Assembly (NCBI GenBank): GCA_050575255.1
Contig: JBNZDD010013726.1
Span: forward strand, 4,175,036-4,239,035
Origin: Harriotta raleighana
Lineage: Eukaryota
Length of the DNA: 64,000 nucleotides
Direction of reading: 5' to 3'
Below the pieces are notes generated by a model. It did no database searches. It was given only the letters and a program-made list of their open reading frames with translations, and was not told the DNA's origin. This document shows positions 37,268-50,970 of this stretch, piece by piece. Numbering within the stretch: the stretch's first letter is position 1; every line of letters starts with the position of its first letter. The position numbers and the translations under genes are program-made.

Positions 37268-37573
37268 GGATTCCTGTAGCTCAGTGGTTAGAACCCTCGC
37301 CTTTGCGAGAGACCTGGGTTTGATTCCTGCCAGGGCGAATCTTGGGCAAGTTTCCTTACTCCATACACTTAATAATAATCTCTCAAGAGACAAAACGATA
37401 ATAACTTGGTCACTTCAATTCATGACTGTTTGTGGGACGCTGCTGTGTGAAATTTGCTGCCATGTTTTACCCTTAAATATACAGTCAATTCACTTTACAG
37501 TATACTCTGTGAAGCGCTTTGAGACATCCAGAATTCATGAAAAGTGCTAACTCAAATGCAAGGATTATTATTA
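37268..37573 (+). mobile_element. tRNA-derived SINE, full length, within old CR1 sequence
   Basis: A and B boxes, body, (TTA)n tail. Flanks carry decayed minus-strand CR1 peptides (e.g. FKMGFNIEIYEVIHIG). Confidence 0.9.
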
Positions 37574-40100
37574 TTCTCCAGATATTTGCTGATCAGTAAA
37601 TGTAGTAGCTTCAGTAGCAGATGTATATAAATGCACTGCCAAAAATTATCCATTCGTGGAATTTCACCCAACACATCTGTAACTGTATCCTTTTTCTCAT
37701 AGCCCCCTTTTTCTCCACATAACTGAGTTTCATTGACATATTTAATGATCCTGATGTTATTAAGTATTGAAACAGTGATCTTATCCACCAACAGAGGGAT
37801 TTGCCTGGTAGTTAGGATGCATTGGTTCTAATTTGTGGGACATCTTCCTGACGTGAAAGGCGTTATACAAGTGTAATTTTGTTGCTGCTGTTGTTGTTGT
37901 GTAAATCATGTGTAAACATTAATCTACATTGGGAACCACTGTCACCTATAGTTACTTAATTAACAACCAATGAAAGCATTATAGATGCTACACTTGGTAA
38001 CATGACAGATTTTGTTGCCATCTATTTTTAATACCTTCATCTCAGATAATTTTCTAAATACTGTACTGTGAACAGCAGAAGTCTCAGAACTAATTCCCCA
38101 AGTTCCCCACTGGTCACATCTGTTCAATTAGAAATGCCACCATTGATCATTACCCTTTGTTTCTGATTAAGCAGCCAATTTGTCCTCAGGTTCACATAAT
38201 CCATTATCCCAAGAGGTTTCAGTTCAGCCACAAGTCTGAAGGGACATGCTTTGTCAAAGCACCTTCTGAAGGTCATAGAATAGTGCAATCACCATATTAC
38301 TCTTATCCACAAATCTCCCATATACTCAAACATTTCCAGGAATTAGTTAGGTCTCTTGCATAAACCCATTTTGCTTTGAATTTATTTACTTTATTGAATA
38401 AATACACTAAAGGTGCTGCAAATGCAACAGACTAGATATTTTTGCAAGCTATTTGTTGAGCTAACAAAATCCCTCGGATCATATTCTTGATATACGTTTT
38501 TAAAAAGGAGAACATTAAATAATAGACATTAAATATTCTCCAATCAACTGATACTAATGATGTCTTTAATAAAGTATGAAGAATTCTTCCTGCATCTCTC
38601 CTTTCTTCCATTCTTGTCCTCTTAACTATTCATGGATGAATTCCATTTGTTGCTTTTAGAGTATTCAAATTTTGCTGTATTTTTAATGACCAATTCATTA
38701 TTAAGCTCTATTTTTCTATGAATGTAGATGGAATTTCTTTTTTTTTTAAATTTTCACCTGGGTTGTATTGTTTTTTATAACCACAAAACGCACACATTTC
38801 TTCATTTTTTAATTTTGAAAACAGAGTGAACTGTTTAAATCAGTTTAAAATGTTTTCTGAGCTTTGTGATTTCCTTTAAATATTTATATGTAAATTGGTT
38901 TATTCAATTTATTTATTTATTTCAATTATTCAATTATTCAAAAGTGCCTGTGCACTTTTCTTATGAAAAGTACCTCTGGATATTTCACGCCTTTCCTATG
39001 ATCTGAGGAAGATGCTGGAGATCAGATCTGACTATCATGGATACTTGTGAAGATTTCTATTTCTGAGGGAGGATGCTCTGAATCAAACTTTTCTTATAAC
39101 ACTTCAATAAGAACTTTGTTAATCATATTGACTAACTCTGGCACTCTGAGCAACAAGATGAATTGAGAGACCTGTAGGACTTAACCCAAACTTTTGAAAT
39201 GCTACGAGAAACCATGGAATCCTTTGTAAATGTGTTAGAGATCTATGAAGTACTGGGAAAAAATATCATCTCATGTAACACATATGAGTAAAGAATTCAA
39301 TGACATTAAAAGGAAAAAAATGTCAGAATGGTTCAGAGTGAAGCTAGGTCACCAGCATCTTAAAAAGTATCATTGTCCAAATTGGAATGTAGATTAGTTG
39401 CTGATTAATCTTTAAACTGATTAATCTGACACCACCCCTGCATGAAGAGTGCTCTATAAATGCAAGTTGTTTTTTTTGGGCTCGTGTTAATTTACAATCT
39501 CAATAAATCATGGATTTCTATTCTGACAATAACCTCTCCACATTTGGCTATGGATTATCTTTTCAAGCATTAATTGGAACATATGTCTGGAACAGTAAAC
39601 CATTAACTACTTTGTAAATGTACCGCACCTTGGTTCTGTGCCAGTGTCTGGAATAAAATAAATTTGATAATGAAGGAAATCGTACAATGTAGCAAACATT
39701 ATGCATTATCACTCATTTCATTTCTAACATTTAGAATTGTTTCAAAAGAGCCCTCCAGTCAAATCCAAAGTTCTTTAAGATCATCAATCTTTTTGGCATG
39801 AAGTTATGGAGGTCCCTTTTTATTTACAATCACAAGTACTGTTTGTTTTTTGTGCTTTGCTGATGTATTTATTTGTATGCCATTGCTTAGCTATATTTTA
39901 AAAATCCTGTGGATAATATGGATAATGTATTTCTGGATTTCAGCATTTGTTATGAATAATGCTTGCAAATTAATATATTTATTGATTTTAGATCAAATAC
40001 AGTTGTAAAGTTATTTACTCAATTTCAGTCACTGCCTCATCCATGCCAATTCAAGGATAAGGATGTAATTTGGCTGCAATCACCTCTTTCAACCTGAAAG

Positions 40101-40570
40101 TCGAGGACACGGGCCTGGGCGGATGACGGATGTGTGCGGTGGAGCGGGAGGAGGAGGGCCGGGAGCACCCAGCGTCCCAGTGGGGAAGAGGAGAATCGGC
40201 CAGTGCCATTGATGACCTGGTTCCCGCCTTTTTGGAGATGGTCCGGGCGGGCGGCGAGGACAGGGAGCGGGGGCTGGACAGTCATTAATTGTTGTTGTGT
40301 TTTCTATTGTTGTTGAGTTTGTTTATTATCATTGATTGTTATTTACTTTTTTGTTTATTATTGTTGATGATGTTTGTTGTTGTTTACACTCCCCCTGCCC
40401 CCTGATTTTTCTCCCTTTTTATTCTTCTCCTTCCCTCTCCCTTTCCTCCCTCTTCCCCCTTCCCCNTTCCCTGAGCCCTCCCCCCATACTTGGCTGTACA
40501 GCGCTTTGGGACGTCCTCCCGACGTGAAAGGCGCTTTATAAATAAAATTTTGATTGATTGATTGATAGAT
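40101..40570 (+). mobile_element. Composite non-autonomous retroelement, copy 2
   Basis: Same head as 5505-5600, shared core, GTT and C/T tracts, tail ctgtacagcgctttgggacgtcctcccgacgtgaaaggcgctttataaataaaattt(TGAT)n. Confidence 0.8.
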
Positions 40571-41814
40571 GTTACTGTTGTTGGAGCCTTTGCAACAGGC
40601 TTAATTATACGTTCCCACAGCAACTCTCACCCGAATAATCTAGATCCATGTTGCCTTAAAACTAGATTCTCTTTGAAGGTCACAAAGCACAAGGATTGGG
40701 CATTTTAGGCAATCATTGAAAAAAATTAGGCAATGTTTTAACTTCTTTGGTGCCAACAAATCAAACTTTGTCAAAGAATTTTCAAGTATTTTCCAATACT
40801 GTAAAGTAATTTGCATGCAATATGTTATTTCAGTTGCATTAGCACACTTCATTAATATGGTATATCTCCAAAGATTATACATACAAAAATATAAATGATT
40901 GACTTTGTGATATTTTTCACAAGTTAAATTGATTTCAAGGTCAGGCTCTCTTCCCGGGTGGCACGGGAACTGGATGACTGAGAGCACTATAATAGTCACT
41001 TCTGAGACTTGGCCTTTAACATCTAAGAACAATGTAATAAAACTTTGGAAAAACACTTATGTGTTTATTGTTTCATTTTCTTTACATTAGTAACAAGCAA
41101 TAAGTACTGATCAGAATGGATGAACACTGGTGTTACACTGAGAAATTCATCGCTCCAGATTTGCTTAATCTACTCATTTGTGGAGATGTGTTTCATACCT
41201 CTCTATTAGCAATGTCATAATTGTTATCTGTGGGAACTGAGATTATTCTTGTATTCCACCCTCTGTCTCATATTATATGCAGGCAGCTGCTACCTCAGCA
41301 ATGAGACATCACTGATCTCAATTTTTATTTCCTGTGACTAAATAAATAGAAAAATAAATTAAAATTTACTCTATGCTTGTGCTATGGTAAAACAGTCAAG
41401 ACTTATTGTTTTGGTTCTGAATGGCAGTCTGCAGTAGCACAGATGAATTATTGAATGGGGTAGAAGTTCAGCAGTGGTTCCACACAGAGAAATTCATTGA
41501 CGTCAAAATCAGTGAAAAATGTATAATATCAAAAAGTCAATCAATTATTTTCTTGTATACATAATCTTTAGGGATATACCATATCAATTAAGTATTTCAA
41601 ATCTGATGAAATAACATACTGCTGTATATCCAAATGAGTTTATTGAAAAATAGTCCCCACTTTAACACAACAAATTCAAGTTTTACCTTCATTATCCCTT
41701 ATGGGTGTATTTGTTATGGTATAAACACAGTAATAACATATTATCTTTTATCCTAGGTATGATCAGTTTTTAAAATACAAATTTAGCCAGTGGACATTCT
41801 CTTGCAATTGTTCA

Positions 41815-42210
41815 AGTTAGCAGCACACTCAGTTCTGTGTCGCAAGGTTGTGTGTCCCACCATCAGGACTTTGAATTCACACAGTGAATGAGCGTCCGAG
41901 CATCCAGTGTAGTGGGAATGCTATATTATCAGAGTTGCCATCCTTCAAGTGAAACATTCAACTGCAGCTCCATCTGCCGAAAAGTGGATGCTAAAGATCT
42001 CAGGGCATCATTCGAAAAGAGAATGGAGTATTCCCGGGTGTCCTGGGCAACAATCTCCCAAATAAGATGGTTATTCACTTCATGGATGTTTCTGGGCCAT
42101 TACTGCTTGCAAATTGACTGTAAAACACACAAATGCTACATTTTTAACACCTGTGAAACACTTTGAGACTTCCTCCTTACGTGAAATGTGTTACATCAAA
42201 TGAAGGATTA
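41815..42210 (+). mobile_element. Older Deu-domain SINE, near full length
   Basis: cagtgtagtgggaatgctatattatcagagttgccatccttc...gtggatgctaaagatctcagggcatcattcgaaaagag...ccgggtgtcctgggcaac, then an L2-type tail. Confidence 0.75.
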
Positions 42211-42544
42211 TATAGAAAGAACAATCCTACTAGCTTGTAAGACATATTGTGATACTGTTAGAGATTACAATCATTATGTTACACTTACAGGGGAGGAAGC
42301 TGAATCCACGGAAGCTGGTGAGAATCATTGAATTCATGGAAAAGTAGCACAAAGGGAGAAGACAGAGAGGGGAATTCCACCATCTTGACAACCTGAAAAA
42401 AGGGTTTAGAGTTGAGATTGTGTGATTAATTTTTCTCAGCAGGGAGGTTGGTCAAACTCCTGAAATGAGGAAACGCACAAATCTGAGGGAAAGAAAAATT
42501 GCATTATAGTACATGTCCAAAAGGAAATAATAATTCCAGGACAC

Positions 42545-42890
42545 CGGCAGACTGCCTGTCAAACATAACCCTGGATGAGAGCTAACTTTCTACAGGTGAA
42601 CGTCAACAAGACCGAGGCTCTCCTGATTGGCTCGCGCCAAGCCTTCACACATCAGGTACTGTCAGCATCAACTTCCATGGTTGCACCCTCCACCTCACAA
42701 AGCAATTGGCTCCCCATCACCCAGAGGAATCAATTCAAGATCCTATTCCTTGCCTTCAAAGCCCTCCATGGCCTGGTCCTATCCTACCTTTGCGACCTTC
42801 TAACCCCCTGCCAACCTGCCCGCTCCCTCCGCTCAGCAGGCTCCGACCTGCTCTATGTCCCATGACCCACCTATGAGCCTTCAGCCATTT
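42545..42890 (+). mobile_element. L2 ORF2 fragments with deletions
   Basis: MRANFLQVNVNKTEALLIGSRQ...WLPITQRNQFKILFLAFKALHGL. Confidence 0.85.
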
Positions 42891-44618
42891 CTTTGGACAT
42901 TCTTTTATTTCTATTGTCTGAAACACCTCGTAATCATAACAATAAGTAGAAAATTATGTTTGTAATGTACTAACTCTGCATATTTATTTGAATAAATGAT
43001 AAATTATTATTTGTAATGAGAATAATTTTTTTAAATACATTTGACATATCCTCTGTAAGTGAAAATATTTACACTTCTGATTTTATAGTGGTGAAGCATT
43101 CAAGAACTATTGGTGCATTCAAAGAACAAATGCATAACATTATGCTCCCACAGATCATGGTAATTCCTGAATGTTCATGGTCTGTTTCACTGAAAAATGG
43201 ATGAAAGCCACTTTGTTTCCTACTGTTGTTCATGGAACTTGATGAACTATACATTTCATTTTTGATTCTGAATAAATACAAATTGAAAAGGCAGCATTCA
43301 GTGTTAATGAATAAATATGAGCCTCTGTGACAAAACATGTCTGTAGAATACTGAATAAAGCTGGACTAAATGTATTGTCTAGGAATGGTAGTTTTACTTG
43401 AAATCTTTCCAAAATTATTTGAAACAGCCCAAGGTTACATAAGGATCAACCTTTTTTTCATCAGACTAGTGGTTTTTGGAACGTATATACTGTAATAATA
43501 ATCCTTGCACTTGATATAGCACTTTTCACATCTGATAGACACAGAATATACTGTAAAGTGAATTGACAGTATATTTGGGGGCAAACCATATGTACTGTAT
43601 ATGGTAATGGTAATTACTGGCTAGATAATTCTCAATTCTGACAGCCCATTGTCAAGAACGTCACATTGGATGCAGCTCAGCTCCAAGGAGATCTTGCAAG
43701 AAAGATGGATCAAAAGGTCGCTATATTACAATGTTACAAAATATAGGCATTACTTAACAATCCTTAAAATTATTCACAATATGAACTGAAACGTGAATTT
43801 TACCAAGGTTAACAATGATAATTGTTTTCTTTTAATTTTCGTTTTAGTTTTAACCTAATCCAACATCCCGGACAACGATTTCTGACACATGATGCTAATT
43901 AGAGACATAAATAGAAAGATATTTTAATTAGATTATAAACCATGATGAAGCCAAGAGAAATGAAGGAGTCAGATATTTCATACTGTTTCCTTCAAGGAAC
44001 ACTAAGTAATGTCATCTTTAACCACATCATCCAAATTAAGTTGTACATGAATGGCACAACAAATAATCTTCAACTCAAAGAAACAGACTGATTTGACATG
44101 ACAATCTGAGTTTCATTATAATAATAGATCAGATTTTCACATAGTTGTCCATGGAAGACTCTTGTGAATTCTAATTTAACACAATTGATTTAGTTCTGTA
44201 ATATCTTTACAACTAATAATATAACAACCAAGGCATTCAATAAAATAATCTCACAATCAACATTCTTTCACATACATTCCATAGATATCGAACATCATAA
44301 ATGGACTACTTGCTTCAGATTTGATTTGATTACTCAAGATTACAGCAAGTATTTCACGCTTAAAATTTATACAGATCGGACCAATCAGAAGCCTGCTCAG
44401 AAGAAATGCAATGTATTCTGATCAGAAACATCAGTGGCATTATTAATGGAGATTAACATCACAATAACCATCATAATCAAATAAACATCAATGCTGGTAT
44501 AAACATTGGAAATAAAAATTACAGCTGTTGTATTCTTAACTTGTTTGCATGCAAGAGAGATAAAGCAGTTTACTTAAGATTTACGATTATGACAACCCAA
44601 AGCAGTTGAAGTACAATT

Positions 44619-44875
44619 CGTGGAGACCTGTAGCTCAGTGGTTAAGCACTCACCTTACAAGCATGAGGCCTTGTGTTTGAATCCAGGCAGAGCTCCACGC
44701 GACTGTGGATTGAAATGGATTGAAATGGGGGCGTTGCTGTTCATAATTGGCTGCTGCGTGTCGCCCACAAATATACAGTCAATTCACTTTACAGTATAAT
44801 CTGTGAAGCGCTTTGAGACATCGATAAAATGCGAACAGCACTTTATCAAATGCATGGATTATTATTCTGATTATT
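44619..44875 (+). mobile_element. tRNA-derived SINE, internally deleted
   Basis: Head and tail present; central body shortened. Confidence 0.85.
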
Positions 44876-45295
44876 ATTTATTCCACGCTGGAGAAAGATA
44901 ATTTTTTTATGATACTGGCCTTTCAGAGAACAGGTGTGCTGACACTGGAGTTTTAATTTTTTTTTAAATTCTAAACTTTATTGATTTCTTTCAGCATTGG
45001 TATTGTTGTGTTTAATTGATAGTCTCCCCACCCCCTTCAGCGAAGAGTACTAAAAGAGTTTTGAAACCTGATTACATAGTGTAAAAGTAGCCACATTGAT
45101 ATTGCTATATTGCTCCAAGGCAATTGAAAAATTAGCTGTTAGTAATACTGTATCCATGTTGAGGTAGAGAATAATTACTTTAACATGTTGCATAAATTGA
45201 TAGTACAATTTCGCTTTTTTGCTTAAAATGCTGCAGGGCTCATTTGTTTAATTTTTTGAGGATATTATTTAATACAGCTACAGTAGAACTACAGC

Positions 45296-45619
45296 GTGGA
45301 GTCCTGTAGCTCAGTGGTTAGAGCACTCGCCTTTCAAGCGAGAGAGCCGGGTTTGATTCTCGGCAGGGCAAAACCTCGGGCAAGTTTCCTTTCTCCACAA
45401 GCCTGATAATAGTCGCTCAAGAAAAATCTATGATAATTTGGCCACTTCAATCCATGACTGTTTGTGGAACACTGCTGTGTGCAATTGGCTGTCAAGTTTC
45501 ACCCACAAATACACAGACAATTCACTTTGCAGTATGTTCTGCGAAACGCTTTGAGACGTCTAGAAGATGTGAAAAGTACTACTGTACATCAAATGCAAGG
45601 ATTATTATCGTTATTATTA
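45296..45619 (+). mobile_element. tRNA-derived SINE, full length
   Basis: gtggagtcctgtagctcagtggttagagcactcgcctttcaagcgagag...ggattattatcgttatta. Confidence 0.92.
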
Positions 45620-48600
45620 GTGTCTACACATTGCCAACAATGTTCATCAGAAGTAAGATTTAACTCATTAACTTGGAGCATTAGTGGTTAGACCATTCTA
45701 TGTATGGACATTTAGGAATTCAATGTGGTCAGAGGCAGAATGGGAGGCAAATTTTATGGGGGAAGGATGAGTGTTACATTTCAGAGTGCGAGGTTCCCAG
45801 GATATGTGCATTAAGTATACCCATGTTAAATTGCACTCCCCTCTCCACTCACCCACACACACGCAAAATCGCAAAACTGATAAGTGATGAGAGAGCAGCT
45901 TTATGATAAATTATAGCAACAGTAAAGATGACTCATGATAAACTACAAATGTATCACAATTTCTAGTCCTGTTAAAATTCATGATGATTAACATAGAATT
46001 ATATCACTTGTCAATGCTCCAAGTGAAAATAAAATGGTGAAAAATCATCTATGTCAATATTTTTGTACACATAGGGGTACATTGACTGCCAGATTAACAC
46101 AGAAAAACTATTGCTATTAGCTTCCTGAACTCAATCTGGTTCAGCATTATTTATAATAGAGATATGAAATTACACAGTATTAAGTATGGTGATAATTTAA
46201 TTTGCAGGATCTTTCCGAATAAGTTCTGCTTATATATTCAAATATTTTACATATTGGTGAAGAAATGCTACAGGGAAAGGATTGATTATAAGATATTAAT
46301 CAATTTGTACTATTTTAAAGATTTATAATATCTCCAATGTCTTTATATGTTTAGAATAATGTAATCAGTATATATTTGTTTGATCAAGTTGATCTGATGA
46401 CAACATATTTAGAGACATTTCATTTGTTTCATGTAACTACATTTGAAATTGTGGAATCTTGCAGTCTAAAACGATGAATACACAGCACCAATAATTGGGT
46501 TAGGTATCTAGTGTTCTTGCTGTGTNGTAGAGATTGCCAACTACTGTCTACTGAACACAGCACCAATAATTGGGTTAGGTATCTAGTGTTCTTGCTGTGT
46601 TTTGTAGATTGCAACATTGTTCCTGTTAAAATGTACAGTAGACCCTCGCCTGTATAGTTTACCACTGAGAGGACTATCCGACAAGGTTCCTGCTGTTTGT
46701 CCAGCTAGGACCACCCTGCCCAATAGGGATTTGACTTTCAATGTTAACAGAGGCTGAGTGTGAAGAATTCCCACACTCCCATATCCTCCCAACAAGCCAA
46801 ACTGCCTGGTCTGCCATCAGCAATGCCCTGGAGAACTGCGGATCTGCCAAGCATATCACTTTGAAACTGGTTCAGTAGCAAGGAAACGCTTACCTTTCTC
46901 CCGAGGAGGATAGTCGCTAAATGATCGCCTCTTGTTATGAAACTCAGCATCCCAGACATGCACAGAGCTTTTCCAGGTTGTTTTTTTTTTTGCAATATTT
47001 TAAAGTTGCATTAGTTAGTTGATTTTATGACATTACAAATGGCCCTTAAAGTTCTTGTCTGGTTCAATGGACTGTTCAAGAAATTAAATTAACTATGTCA
47101 GAGCACTGCCTGAACAAAGATTGCAATAGTGCGAATCCATGTGCAACTGAAATCACCTTCTCAAGTTAGTCCTGGCTCCAGCGTAATTTGATTTCAGATC
47201 ACGCCTAACAGCCCCAATTTATACTGTGTACTTTCAAGCAATATAAGTGAAGTAAATGAAGGATCCATTATAATTTTGCCTAATAGCTAAGCTATAGCAA
47301 TACACAGAAGGTTGTTCAGTAAATAGGGAGTAAATTGACTATTCATGGTCAATGGCCTATTGCAGACAATGCTGTGATGTAATGGCCAGAAAATGTAAAA
47401 TAAGTGGACTGCAGCACTGAGCACACGAATGGTATGGGACTTCCAAGCCTTTGCTCTGCACCCAAGATCCAAATTTAAACTCAACTCACACAAAGCCTTT
47501 GGATTATGTTTGTGTATAGCTACGATGTTTGAATAAATCTACAATGTTTTCTAATGCTAATAATGCTATTGTTCTCTAATGCTAATACAATGAGTTTCCA
47601 GTAAGGAAAAAAAACTCCATCTTGGAGGAACATTCAGCTGTAAATTTCTTCACAAATTTTTGTTCTGTAAAGTATCATCAGGGAGAAAATTGCGCCCATC
47701 ATAAGCAATCAAAATGTCATTGGGACGGCTCTCCAAAGTGGCCAGAGTCATCTTACCACAGTTGGGTGGTAAGTTGGGTGGATGTTATCTTGAGTCGGGA
47801 AATTAATTATGCAGCAATTTTAACTTCACTTCATTTCAAAAAATTATTTTCTTACTGGTTATTAAGATTAGCCATTTTACCAGCTTTTATCCACTTGCTG
47901 GGATGGTAATGTGAGCTACACCGCATTGCTGTTGTTGTTAACCTGCAGGAAATGTATGCAAATCAGGATTAATAACAGAAGAAATGGAAAGCTCATATCC
48001 TAAAATATTAATTCTACCTTTCAAATATAATAAATAATTAAAACTGCAACCATCTTCATTTGACTATCAAAAAAAACCAACTTGTGATTAACCTCCAGGT
48101 TCAGTCTCAAGAGATGGGAATCAACAAGAATACTAGTGACAGAGTGATGGATTTGTTGTAGGCGCTGTTGTCAGCTATTCTGTTCCTCGGTAGATTATAC
48201 TAGTGAAAACTAATCTATGTTGCCTTATTTGGCATTGACATTATATATTAATAACAACCTCACTGAATTAGTTAACCAGTTACCTAAATATAACAAGCAA
48301 TTTCAAACCTAAATAACAAAAAATTACGGATTCTTAGAGCATAAAATACAATGTATAAAATATAACGCATGGCTGGCATTGTAATCTGTCTTCTATTCAA
48401 GGTAGGTCACCAGGCAACCATCTCCCAAGGACGATCTTTGGAAAATAGAACATAATTCTGAGTAAAATGTTGACCAATTCGAGCACCATTCACACAAACA
48501 ACCATAAAATGAATAACCAATTTTGTCTGGTGGATTGTTATCTAGGAGAGCAGCAAAATCTTCTTTTTTGTTTTTGAATACTGTTTGTTTGCTAGTCCGT

Positions 48601-48723
48601 TCTTTATTTAGGAGCTGTGACAACAAGTTTTAGCTGAGCCAACCTCACCTGACATCACACAGCAGAAATGGTGGAAAGGATCAAATCCAGACCGAACAAT
48701 GAGGTGAGCACTTCCTATGCTAA

Positions 48724-49061
48724 ATAATAATATAATAATAATAATCCTTGCATTTGATATAGCGCTTTTCACATTTTATCAACGTCCCAAAGCGCTTCAC
48801 AGAATATACTGTAAAGTGAATTGACTGTATATTTGTGGGCGGAACGCGGCAGCCAATTGCGCACAGCAGCGTCCCACAAACAGTCATAGATTGAAATGAC
48901 CAATTTTATTATTGTAGTTTTTTTTGAGGGATTATTATTAGGCATGTGGAGTAAGGAAACTTGCCCAAGGTTTCGCCCTGATCTCCCTGGATTCGAACGC
49001 AGGTCTCATGCTTGTAAGGCATGTAAGTCGAGTGCTCTAACCACTGAGCCACAGGAGCTCC
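48724..49061 (-). mobile_element. tRNA-derived SINE, full length (young subfamily)
   Basis: Near-identical reverse complement of 3530-3869. Confidence 0.93.
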
Positions 49062-49962
49062 AAATGTACCAATCAACAAAATTGGAAAACCTGAGAGTTG
49101 TAGTGGCTTTACTATGAATAATGGTTAAATAAATTGTAGCATTGTATCCACATCCAAACATGCTGTAAAATCATTCCCACAACGTGTAGCTAACTATTCA
49201 CAGCCTCTTCTGATATTGGTTAGCTTGCTGAGTAATTGAAAATCAGTGGGACAAATTTTACAAAGATGAAACGTTTCTGTTTAATGAACAAAATCACCAA
49301 ACATGCATAATGAAAAACAAGCAATTATTTTGGAATTTTAATATTTTACATACTATGTATAAGATTTTAACTCTGAAAAGATGAATTGAGCTAAACTGTA
49401 GCTCTATTCCTGATTGGAATCTGCTCTCAACTGTCTTAATTTGGTTTCAGTCAATCAGATCAATGGACAAACTTGCGACAGGGAGCAGACCAACTCTTCT
49501 CAACTGTTTACTCTGTCCATTGTTTATTTACAGTACTGTATTGTAAATACAATTTCATTTCTTATTTTGATACGATTTCCTATGGGTTTTAACATTGAAA
49601 CATTGTGAAATATTTCTATTTAAGCTTAGCCACCAGTAGAATAACCTCAGCACTACAGCCCAAGTCAAGTGCTTTGAGACATGAAAGGCACAATATGAAT
49701 GTAAACTGTATTGTAACTTTATTTTTGCCTGGGCTGCTACATCAATACAGTACAATATATTAGAATTCACCATAAAATTGCTATTAGCAACAACGCCTAT
49801 TTCGCGCCCTCCTCGCATTCCAGTGTACTTAACAGTGGCAGAGCATGACTCCACACCAACAAACCTCTGATGAATGAATAAGTAATAAAGTGAGAATCCA
49901 TCCTAAGCTAGAATGTACATCAGGTAATATTGGCAACAGCCAATTTAGGATTTGAATGCAAC

Positions 49963-50970
49963 ATCAATCAATCAATCAATCAAAATTTAATTTATACAGC
50001 ATCTTTCACGTCGGGTGGACGTCCCAAAGCTGCTGTACAGTCAAGTAGGGATCAGAGCGGGGAGAGGAGAGTAGGGGGGAAAGGAAAGTAGGAAAAAATT
50101 GACTGTATATTTGTGGGCGAAACGCAGCAGCTAAATTGCGCACAGCATTGTCCACAAACAGTCATGGAAGTGGGGTTAGGGGAGAAAGGTGGAAAAGATG
50201 GCAAGGGAAAGGGTAGAGGGAAGGAGAGCAGGAAAAAACAACTGTATGTTTGTGGGCGAAATGCGGCAGCCGAATTGCGCACATAAGTGTCCCACAAACA
50301 GTTGCGGAAGTGAGGCCGGGGGAGAAAAGGGGAAAAGAGGGTAAGGGGGGAGACGGAGGGAAAGACAAGGTGGGGTAAAACCAGGGAGGAGAAAGGGGGG
50401 AGAAAGGGGGGCAAGGGGGAAATCAGGGAGGAATAGGGGGGAGAAAGGGAGGCAAGTGGGAAGAGGGAGGGAAAGGTACATGGGGGGCAAAATCAGGTAG
50501 AAATGGGGAGAAAGGGGGATAAGAAGGAAGAGGGGGTAAGAGGGAAGAGGGAGGGAAGGGGGAAAAGGAGGGAGGGGGAAAGAAGAAGAAAAGGAGGGGG
50601 AAAGGACAGGGGGCAGGAGGGGGGGGGGGACCGAACAACAGCAACAAACAACAATATCAATAACAATAAACAAAAAAAGCGATAGCAACAACAATTAATA
50701 ACAGTCCCGCAACCGCTCCTTGTCCTCGCCGCCCACCTGGACGATATTCAAAAAGGCGGGAACCAGGCCCAGTGTGGTGAAAGGCCCAAAAAACGACCGG
50801 CTCCTCAGTTGGTGACCAGGTGATTCGGTGATGGCCCTGGTACCTCGGACACGGCGTTTCTGTGCCAGTTCGCCCAGTAGCAGCAGCTCGATCGCTGTCG
50901 GGATCTCCCGCGACGAGATGGTCCGCTGCCTGCAGCAATGGAAGATGTCGCCGACCAGCGAGTGCTCAGG
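49963..50970 (-). mobile_element. Composite non-autonomous retroelement, copy 3 (H2B-bearing)
   Basis: On the minus strand: H2B-like head, shared core, GTT tract, C/T tract with two SINE-body segments (about 50100-50165 and 50240-50305), L2 stem-loop tail and (TGAT)n. Confidence 0.8.
50805..50970 (-). pseudogene. Decayed histone H2B-derived coding fragment
   Basis: Minus strand translates HSLVGDIF-HCCRQRTISSREIPTAIELLLLGELA/RNAVSE/GTRAITE versus canonical H2B NSFVNDIF(ERIAGEASRLA)[40 protein letters not shown]. One 11-codon deletion and two compensating frameshifts. Confidence 0.85.

Noticed and set aside
46477-46600. About 48-bp direct repeat
   Set aside because: Adjacent to the N at 46526; likely assembly artefact.
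46634-46660. TA-CAGTAGACCCTCG resembling a Tigger terminal repeat
   Set aside because: No partner inverted end found.
50765-50790. Possible histone 3' stem-loop after the H2B relic
   Set aside because: gggcctttcaccacactgggcc does not fit the 6-bp stem, 4-nt loop consensus.
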